Of a stretch of DNA of 44,810 nt, positions 1-6,771 are shown one piece after another (the stretch's first letter is position 1; each line of letters starts with the position of its first letter). Origin of the DNA: Candidatus Micrarchaeota archaeon. GTDB lineage: Archaea; Micrarchaeota; Micrarchaeia; Anstonellales; Bilamarchaeaceae. Location of the stretch: contig JACCLH010000009.1 of the NCBI GenBank assembly GCA_013425375.1, positions 1-44,810 on the forward strand, given 5' to 3'. Both the position numbers and the translations under genes were made by a program. Below the pieces are notes generated by a model. It did not search any database and was not told where the DNA came from. It saw nothing but the letters and a program-made list of their open reading frames with translations.

Positions 1-144
1 GGAGAATGCGGCGTGGGGTTCGTCCTCATGATAGTTGCACTTATCCTGTTGATGCGGTCAAAGACACCTATAGTGAAGGTAACGGCGTCAAGGCCGCCAG
101 CGGTGAAGAAAGGCAAGGAACCAAAATCAGACGCCTATAGGTAG
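1..144 (+). CDS. 3' end of a membrane-anchored protein (partial, runs off window start)
   Basis: Frame 1 reads GECGVGFVLMIVALILLMRSKTPIVKVTASRPPAVKKGKEPKSDAYR* (TAG 142-144): a hydrophobic helix followed by a basic tail. Confidence 0.6.
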   Translation, partial: GECGVGFVLMIVALILLMRSKTPIVKVTASRPPAVKKGKEPKSDAYR

Positions 145-200
145 GATATGACGTCACCGTCTAATTTTTAAACATACATAGAGAGATAACAGCGGTAACG

Positions 201-1193
201 ATGAAGAGACCGTCCCAGACGTTAGCCCAAAAGGCGATGACGAGAAGAGTAGCTACTGAGTTACCACTTGATAACCAGCTCAGGTATGGGGAGATTCTCG
301 GATTCATAGCCGGGGATGGGAGTTTGGGAAAAACGCATAATGGCGTTTCATTTACGAATAGCGATTCTTATTGCATAGGGAGAATGTTGGGTAATTTTTC
401 AATCATATTCGGCACTAAAATTGCAGATTTTAGATTTTACCTTGGCATACCTGCAGCAACTCTTCCGAGTGCTGCGGATGAATATTGGAGAACTGAGATT
501 GGGGCGCCAGAAATCAAAATTAAAAACTACAAAAAAACGAAAAAAAGATTTGGATGGTTAAAGGCTGACATACATGATAAACAAATTAAGGAAAACATAA
601 AATCAGGCATCGAAAGGATTTTGAGCGGGGAAGAAACAGATGAAGCAATTCTGAGGGGCTTTCTGAGAGGCTTTTTTGCTGCTGAAGGGGCGATAATACC
701 TGGCAAATACAGAAGAGAGATACCAAATGCAGTCCAATTTCCTCAGAAAGGAAAACAGGTCCCACTCCGTATCCACGCCATACTCCGAAGTTTTGGAGTT
801 GAAAGTAGAGTAGTGATAAAACAAAAAAAAGCTGACTACTACTGTGCTAATATAACCGGGTTTGAGAACTATCAAAAGCTGGTTTCGTTAGGAATAGTTG
901 ATGTGCACCCAGAAAAAAAGCAACGTCTAACGGAAGGGTTGGGGGCATATAGAAAAATAGTGTCACGCAAGCTTGTGCTGCCAATCAAGCTACTAAAGAT
1001 TTTGTATGAGGAACCTAGAACAAGAACTCAGATTTATGCTGCAGTGGATTCTTACCCCCAAAGAGTGAATGGACTTCTTTATTCTAAGACAAGCTATCTC
1101 GTAAAGAACAAACTAATACAAAAAAACTGCTCGGAAGACGGAACTATCTTATGGAGCGTCACCGAGGCAGGACGTAGGCTGGCGCAGGAGTAG
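201..1193 (+). CDS. Free-standing double-motif LAGLIDADG (DOD-type) endonuclease-like protein with probable C-terminal winged helix
   Basis: Two LAGLIDADG helices (EILGFIAGDGS; FLRGFFAAEGAI) and the FTNSD strand typical of intein-type DOD domains. The C-terminus (LLKILYEEPRTRTQI...LVKNKLI...WSVTEAGRR) is wHTH-like. TATA-like TTTTTAAA lies about 30 nt upstream. Confidence 0.8.
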   Translation: MKRPSQTLAQKAMTRRVATELPLDNQLRYGEILGFIAGDGSLGKTHNGVSFTNSDSYCIGRMLGNFSIIFGTKIADFRFYLGIPAATLPSAADEYWRTEIGAPEIKIKNYKKTKKRFGWLKADIHDKQIKENIKSGIERILSGEETDEAILRGFLRGFFAAEGAIIPGKYRREIPNAVQFPQKGKQVPLRIHAILRSFGVESRVVIKQKKADYYCANITGFENYQKLVSLGIVDVHPEKKQRLTEGLGAYRKIVSRKLVLPIKLLKILYEEPRTRTQIYAAVDSYPQRVNGLLYSKTSYLVKNKLIQKNCSEDGTILWSVTEAGRRLAQE

Positions 1194-1228
1194 CTTCCGA
1201 GTTGCCATTTAATGCATATTGAGAACAG

Positions 1229-1771
1229 CTATTGGGTTGGGGCATGTTTCTCCATGCGGCGTCGTATCTCTGCGATTATCTCGTCCGCATTCTCGTCTGG
1301 CAGATATATGCGCAGGCCTGCCCCGCCTTCCGGGGTTAGGAAACCGCGCTCCCTGATGACGAGCACCCTAGAGCCGTCGTGGACGTCCTCTTTTGCACTT
1401 GCGATGTTCTCGAAATGATATTCCGCCCTTAGGCGCAGGCTGCGGAGGAGCTGGGATAGCCTCACCAACTCCCAGAAGACAGATTTTGCTTCGGATGAGT
1501 AAATTGTTTCATAGCTGATGCCCTCCGAATCCACGCTGTATTCAAAGAACTCGATTTTCCTCACGGCTGGAATAGCGAATACGAGGCCGATTACAAAGGC
1601 GGTAAGCGGAACTGCAGCAACGCAGAACATGCCATAATTGAGGGCGACAGCCGCAGCGAAAAGCATGACCGCCCCTAAGATATAGAAAAATAGTTTGCCA
1701 TAATACCTGCTGGAGGGTAAAGGCAAGTGTCTACTGCGAAACTTAAAGGTCTTGCCCAAAGACATAACCAT
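1229..1771 (-). CDS. Hypothetical membrane protein (2 TM plus possible bacterial PH-like soluble domain)
   Basis: Two hydrophobic segments, then YSVDSEGI...IASAKED...LRIYLP..EIIAEI pattern resembling bPH-type domains. Confidence 0.55.
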   Translation of the reverse strand: MVMSLGKTFKFRSRHLPLPSSRYYGKLFFYILGAVMLFAAAVALNYGMFCVAAVPLTAFVIGLVFAIPAVRKIEFFEYSVDSEGISYETIYSSEAKSVFWELVRLSQLLRSLRLRAEYHFENIASAKEDVHDGSRVLVIRERGFLTPEGGAGLRIYLPDENADEIIAEIRRRMEKHAPTQ

Positions 1772-1811
1772 TATTATGCTTTATCCATATTATTAAGCGA
1801 GAGGTGGAGAC

Positions 1812-2555
1812 ATGAAACTAGTCATACAGGACGCTCCGGCGCTAAAGTCAGCAGTTGATTCTATCGTATGTCTGGTCGAAGAAGGCCAGTTCGAGGTCAA
1901 GGCCGACGGCCTGCACCTGAAGGCCATGGACCCTTCCCAGATATCTATGGTGTCGTTCACGATGCCTAAGGAGGCATTCCTGGAATACAACGTGTCAGAG
2001 GAGATGAAGCTGGGCCTGGATATAGGCCAGTTCGCCAATGTCCTGGCCAGGGGCAAGAAAGGCGAGAAAGCAGAGCTTTCCGTGGAGGAGGGCAGGCTGG
2101 TCGTCAAGTTCTTCGGAGAGAAGCATAAGAGAACCTTCAAGGTGCCTCTCATAGAGAGCGGGGACCGGGTGCAGAAGGAGCCCAAGATAGAGTTCAAGAA
2201 CAGCGCCAAGATAAGGGCAGACGCCATCAAGGAGACGCTGAAGGACGCCAAGCTCATCAGCTCGCATGTGAGGCTTCAGCTCACCCCTGAGCAGTTCATA
2301 GTGGATGTGAGGGGTGAGAACGGGGATGTGAAGGCGGAATTCGACAAGGGCGGAAGCGATCTTGTGGAGCTCAACTCCAACAGCCCTGCCAAGGCGACTT
2401 TCCCGCTCCAGTATCTGGAGGATATGGTGAAGGCGACTTCAGCTTCATCAGTCGTCATGGTGAACCTGGAGACCGACAGGCCGCTCAGACTGGAATACGA
2501 TGTGGAAGGCGCCCATGTGGTGTATTACCTGGCCCCCAGGATAGAAACAGACTAA
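1812..2555 (+). CDS. pcn: DNA polymerase sliding clamp PCNA
   Basis: 247 aa; GLHLKAMDPSQISMV and C-terminal YYLAPRIE are PCNA hallmarks; SD GAGGTGG upstream. Confidence 0.97.
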   Translation: MKLVIQDAPALKSAVDSIVCLVEEGQFEVKADGLHLKAMDPSQISMVSFTMPKEAFLEYNVSEEMKLGLDIGQFANVLARGKKGEKAELSVEEGRLVVKFFGEKHKRTFKVPLIESGDRVQKEPKIEFKNSAKIRADAIKETLKDAKLISSHVRLQLTPEQFIVDVRGENGDVKAEFDKGGSDLVELNSNSPAKATFPLQYLEDMVKATSASSVVMVNLETDRPLRLEYDVEGAHVVYYLAPRIETD

Positions 2556-2648
2556 TACGTCGATTGACGGATATTGTGACATAAGTTTAAATAGAGAAGG
2601 TGGCATAAAATATACATTCGTAGGACCAGTGTCCATGGGAGAGACAAT

Positions 2649-3524
2649 ATGAAAAAGACAGAATATTCGTTCGTGCAAGAGGCTGAGGATGTGCTCCATA
2701 CTCTGGATGCCAGCAAGCATGACGATTATGATTTGCCGGAGTTCTCCAAGGAGGTGCCAGCCGCATCCAGGAAGCATGAGAGCGGCGACACTGTCACTGT
2801 CGAGTATGACTGGAAGGAGTCCAAGAACGAAAGCATAAGGGTCAAGAGGATAGATTTCAGGAAGGGCGAGGACCTGGATGGCCTCTATAGGGTGGCTGCC
2901 AGGGATGGCGCAGACAGCATCTGTTTCAAGCACAATAACAATACTTACATCATAAGGAAAACCGTCCGGGAGATCGCCCAGGCGCTCTACAACGCATATG
3001 GCAAGATAAAGGGCGCCATTGAGTCGGTCATCGGCTATATCAGGACGGTATTGGGCCATGAGTACGTCCTGGCCAAGGTGGAAGGCCCGGCATGGGCTTT
3101 CGACAAGAGGATAAGCAAGGAAAGCGTGACTTATGTGGACGTGGACAACCTTGACCGGAAGTCCAAAAGCAAACTCTGTGAGATGGTCGCTGAGAGGATA
3201 TCCGAGCTCCATGCGACTAATGTGATCATAGGGAGGTTCACGCTTAACAACATACTTCTCGGGAACAACGACGTAAGGTTCACTGACCTTAGGAAGCTGA
3301 GGGTGTCCAGGAAGCGGTCGTTCGTCATAGACGAGTTCAAGAGCATACTCCAATACCTGTTCGCCATAGGCGTGGCTTCACGCGAGGACGTCTATTGCGC
3401 GATAGCTTATTATGCAGCCCAGAACGAGGATGGCTGTGAAGAGTGGTACCAGGACAAGACAGGCAAGAAAGCAGCTGACCAGCTGGATATCGCTTCTAGG
3501 ATAGAGCAGGAGATCTACAGCTAG
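2649..3524 (+). CDS. Protein-kinase-fold (Bud32/RIO-like) protein with degenerate catalytic motifs; probable pseudokinase
   Basis: ISELHATNVIIGRFTLNNILL...VRFTDLRKL aligns by eye to LH..GI.HGDLT.SNI.L...IDFGL of Bud32/RIO kinases. Confidence 0.55.
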   Translation: MKKTEYSFVQEAEDVLHTLDASKHDDYDLPEFSKEVPAASRKHESGDTVTVEYDWKESKNESIRVKRIDFRKGEDLDGLYRVAARDGADSICFKHNNNTYIIRKTVREIAQALYNAYGKIKGAIESVIGYIRTVLGHEYVLAKVEGPAWAFDKRISKESVTYVDVDNLDRKSKSKLCEMVAERISELHATNVIIGRFTLNNILLGNNDVRFTDLRKLRVSRKRSFVIDEFKSILQYLFAIGVASREDVYCAIAYYAAQNEDGCEEWYQDKTGKKAADQLDIASRIEQEIYS

Positions 3525-5824
3525 GCGCTTTCTATCTTCGTCTCCCCATTCCTCTCTTTGTCACGTGTCAGCCTGTAGCTTGCGGCGAAGTCAGAACCCA
3601 TGAATGCCTCGTCGTGGGTGATGACAAAGGTCTGTTTCACGACTTCCGGCACCTTGGACTGCAGGGCTAATGAGAGCATCTCCACTGCTTCTGAATCCAG
3701 GTTATGTGTGGGCTCGTCCAGGATAAGCCAGCTCAGACGCGGGGTGAGGACCATGGCCAGAGCGATTCTCAGGGCTAATGCAGCACTGGCACGCTCTCCG
3801 CCGCTGGCGACCGTCTCCAGACCTTTCCATGCAGAGCCGTCATTGACCTCGAAGATATAGTCTTTTTCGCTGACACCCAGACGCAGGGAATGGTAGTTGC
3901 GGTAGGGGTAGAACATGCCCCAGATCTCGTTCATGGCAGTGTTTATGGCCTCTGCAAGGCTCAGGCGGAGGTTTGCCTGGGTCTCCAGGAGGGCATTCCT
4001 GTAGATTGAAAGCTGCTCTTCTAGTTTGGCAAGGTCTACTATGTCATTTTCCAATGCCCGTATGGTGGTTAGTTCTTCCCGGACGAGCTTCAGGATGTCT
4101 GATGAGGATTTGAGCTGGGCCTCTGACGCGCGTTTTGACGATAGGGCGCGTTCGGCTTCAAGCCCTGACTTCTCTGCTGCAGAACGGAGCTCCTCGAAGG
4201 CCTTTTCGTCGAACTTCGTCTGGGCGAGCTGCTCTTTTGTGATGGCAAGGCGTTTGGATATGGCGGCTAACTCGGCCTTCTTCCCCACCAATGAGCGGAC
4301 TGTGCTCGCTTCCACCTTCAACCTCTCGATGGTGTCGGAAAGCGCGTCTGCCTTTTTCCTTATATCTTCCCGCGCTACCCAGGCTTTCGCGATTTCTGCT
4401 TCCAGAACGGCCTTCCTTGGCTGTAGTCCCTCTGCGGCTTTGGCTTCGACCTCCAGACCAGTGGTTTTTTCAGACAGGATGGAGACCTTCCTTGTGCGTG
4501 TGGCGAGGTCCTCGTTGGCTCTTTTGGAGGTTATCAGGAGACCGGATATCTCGGCCACGCGGGCTTTTTTGGTTTTGGTGGCGCTTTCCTTCTCGGATTT
4601 CACATGAGAGATGCCGTCTTCGGTGAGCTTGGCTGAGCATAATGGGCATTCGGAGAGGCCTGGTTTGAGCCGTTGCATGGCTTCATTGAGTTCTGTGAGT
4701 TCGCGCTCAATGGATTTGCGCTCGGATTCTAAAGAGATAAGGGACTGTTCGGCGTCTTTCTGCTGCTTTGACAGCGTTTCCATGGTCTGATTGGCCAGAA
4801 GCGAGGTGAGTTCTGCGCGGGTGGTTGCCAGTTTGGCCGAAGCTTCGGAAGCAGCCCTGAGTTTGGCCTCTATGGAGCCGGACTCCTTGGAAATGGTGGA
4901 TGCCTGCTCTTCTGCTGATTTCATGGATGAATTGAGTTTGGAGCGCTCCTCGGCCAGGGATTTGAGCTTGGTTTCCAGCTCCTTAAGGGAAGCCTCGTCC
5001 ACTGCCTGGCCTTCCAGCTCTTTTATAAGGGATTCCTGCTGCGCAGAGAGGCGGACGGCTTCCTTATCCAGCCTTTCGAACTGCTCCCTGGTTTTGCGCA
5101 TGGCTTCCAGGCGTGAGGAGAGCGATTGAGCCAGCCTGGCCTGGGTTTCGTATGCAAGGGAGGCCTCCTTGAGAAGGATTTCCGCCTGCGCCTGGACGCT
5201 GGTTTGCGTCTTCTCTTTCGCCTCAAGCTCCATGACCCGCTCCTTGCTGAAGCGCTCCTCAAGGACCTGCCTTTTGGATTTTGTCCGGTGTATGACCGTG
5301 ACGATGTTGGCCCGGGCGGTCTCGAACTTGTCCAGCCCCAGGAGGGCATCCACCTCTTCTTTCCTTCTGCCAGGGTCCAGGGTGAGGAAGTAGTCCAGAT
5401 TATTCTGCTCGGCGTAGATGGCCCTGGTGAAAAGGTCGTAATCCAGGGCCATGAGGGAGCTTATGGCTGATGTCACTGCGACAGGACCGTGCTCGATGAG
5501 GAAGTTGTCGCGGTAAAGCTCGGCCTTGGAGGATGTGCCTTTCTTTGAGCGCTCTATGGAGCGTTCGGAGCGGTAGAGATGGTTGTCCCATTCGAATTCC
5601 AGGATGATTGTGGCTTTGGGCTCGTTGAGGCGGACGACGTTGTCCAGCTTGAGCTTCCTGCGTTCCAGGGCAGGGAAGGTGCCGAACAGTGCGAATGAGA
5701 TGCCTTCCAGTACTGACGATTTTCCAGCGCCCATAATTCCTACCAGGAGGTTGGTGCCCTGACGGAACTCGAGCTTGGTGTCAGAATGCGAGCGCCAGTT
5801 GAGAAGCCGGATGGACTTTATCAT
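3521..5824 (-). CDS. rad50: Rad50/SbcC SMC-family ATPase
   Basis: Walker A GIMGAGKSS, Q-loop YAEQ, long coiled coil with central zinc hook CPLC, signature ASGGE, Walker B LILDEPT, H-loop VITHD. Confidence 0.9.
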   Translation of the reverse strand: MIKSIRLLNWRSHSDTKLEFRQGTNLLVGIMGAGKSSVLEGISFALFGTFPALERRKLKLDNVVRLNEPKATIILEFEWDNHLYRSERSIERSKKGTSSKAELYRDNFLIEHGPVAVTSAISSLMALDYDLFTRAIYAEQNNLDYFLTLDPGRRKEEVDALLGLDKFETARANIVTVIHRTKSKRQVLEERFSKERVMELEAKEKTQTSVQAQAEILLKEASLAYETQARLAQSLSSRLEAMRKTREQFERLDKEAVRLSAQQESLIKELEGQAVDEASLKELETKLKSLAEERSKLNSSMKSAEEQASTISKESGSIEAKLRAASEASAKLATTRAELTSLLANQTMETLSKQQKDAEQSLISLESERKSIERELTELNEAMQRLKPGLSECPLCSAKLTEDGISHVKSEKESATKTKKARVAEISGLLITSKRANEDLATRTRKVSILSEKTTGLEVEAKAAEGLQPRKAVLEAEIAKAWVAREDIRKKADALSDTIERLKVEASTVRSLVGKKAELAAISKRLAITKEQLAQTKFDEKAFEELRSAAEKSGLEAERALSSKRASEAQLKSSSDILKLVREELTTIRALENDIVDLAKLEEQLSIYRNALLETQANLRLSLAEAINTAMNEIWGMFYPYRNYHSLRLGVSEKDYIFEVNDGSAWKGLETVASGGERASAALALRIALAMVLTPRLSWLILDEPTHNLDSEAVEMLSLALQSKVPEVVKQTFVITHDEAFMGSDFAASYRLTRDKERNGETKIESA

Positions 5825-5846
5825 CTGAGAATAGTTAGGCGGAAGG

Positions 5847-5856
5847 GAATTAAACC
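5847..5856. promoter_or_regulatory. Probable shared bidirectional TATA element for rad50 (-) and the sRNA (+)
   Basis: GAATTAAACC (minus strand GGTTTAATTC) lies about 25-30 nt from both the rad50 ATG (5824) and the first box C of the RNA (5879). Confidence 0.45.
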
Positions 5857-5878
5857 AGTTCCATACAGTATGGTATCT

Positions 5879-6102
5879 GTGATGACTAAGGGCTTGGACT
5901 GCGGTCCAAGTTTGGCCATCACTCCGTGATGACCAAGGTGATCACTGAGCTGTTTCCCTAAGCCAGCGCTCCGGTAGCGTGTCAACGCTTCAGGGGCCAG
6001 GAAGCAATTCCGGCCACGGAATGATCAAAACGCGCGAGCGTTTTGGTCTGTTGTGGCGCGAAAGCGCCACAGCAAAGCGATGACGATTGACGTGCGGTCT
6101 GA
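5879..6102 (+). ncRNA. Large structured box C/D-type sRNA (~225 nt); candidate 16S Cm1402 guide with extra rRNA-antisense elements
   Basis: Box C GTGATGA at 5879-5885 and 5926-5932; CTGA at 5945-5948 and 6099-6102; C'-like GCGATGA at 6077-6083. Hairpins are capped by cUGCGg (5891-5912), GCAA (5995-6015), GCGA (6023-6048) and GAAA (6049-6074). The tetraloop identities and G-U pairs define the + strand. No ORF is called here; TATA upstream, T-rich tract downstream. Confidence 0.8.
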
Positions 6103-6135
6103 TTATATTTTATACCATGACTGGGCTATCACGCC

Positions 6136-6705
6136 ATGGAACTTGGCAAGACGCTCTATGTCGCTGATAGGAAAGCCTGGCGCACGTGGCTTTCCAGGCA
6201 CCACGGAAGGGCAAAGGAGATCTGGCTGATTTACTACAAAAAATCATCAGGCAAAGCGAGGATTCCGTACAACGACGCTGTGGATGAGGCGTTGTGCTTC
6301 GGCTGGATAGACAGCATCGTCAAGAAAGTTGATGATGAACGGTTCGCCCAGAGGTTCTCCCCGAGAAGACGCGGAAGCGTGCTTTCGCAGCTGAACAAGG
6401 AACGCATCAGGAAGCTGGTTCTTGAGAAGAGGATGACCGGAGCCGGGCTCAGGGCGGTCGCGCATGCGTATGATGGCGGGTCGGACCACGGAACTGCCTG
6501 GATTCCCGTGGATGTGGCTAGGGCGATGCGGAGATGCCCTGCCGCGTGGAGGAATTTCCAGAAGTTCCCGGAGAGCTACAAGAGGATACGCATCGCATAT
6601 CTGGAAGGCCGCAGGAGGCAGGGCGCAGAACCGTTCCGCAGAAGCCTTGGATATCTGGTGAGGATGACCGCTAAGGACAAACGGTTCGGATTCGTGAGGG
6701 AATGA
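6136..6705 (+). CDS. YdeI/OmpD-associated family protein (bacteriocin-protection-like)
   Basis: WRTWL..HH....EIWLIYYKK...I.Y.DAVDEALCFGWIDS...RFSPRR and a C-terminal AW.NF..FP.SY.R domain. Confidence 0.85.
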   Translation: MELGKTLYVADRKAWRTWLSRHHGRAKEIWLIYYKKSSGKARIPYNDAVDEALCFGWIDSIVKKVDDERFAQRFSPRRRGSVLSQLNKERIRKLVLEKRMTGAGLRAVAHAYDGGSDHGTAWIPVDVARAMRRCPAAWRNFQKFPESYKRIRIAYLEGRRRQGAEPFRRSLGYLVRMTAKDKRFGFVRE

Positions 6706-6771
6706 TAATGCCAACGTGGGCGGGCAGGGCTATCAAAATCAGGTTCTTTTTCGATAATCACATGACGCATC

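Noticed and set aside
5997..6028. U3-like pairing to the 16S 5' end or central pseudoknot (CAGGA..CAA..CCGG, CAAUUCC, CGGAAU, GAUCAA)
   Set aside because: Matches are only 5-7 nt, gapped or out of order, and mostly buried in stable hairpins. They cannot be told from chance without the host 16S.
5879..6102. SRP RNA, RNase P RNA, tRNA or hammerhead ribozyme as the identity of the structured RNA
   Set aside because: There is no SRP helix-8 CAGG-GGAA-AGCA symmetric loop; CCAGGAAGCAA here is a GCAA-capped stem. There are no RNase P P4 strands (GAGGAAAGUCC / ACAGAA..GGCU), no cloverleaf or T-loop, and no CUGAnGA/GAAA hammerhead core. A cmscan is still needed to confirm.
5879..6102. TIGR-like or CRISPR-like guide array (repeated box C/D motifs)
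   Set aside because: Only two near-identical 13-mers, irregular spacing, and no Nop-domain or Cas effector gene nearby.
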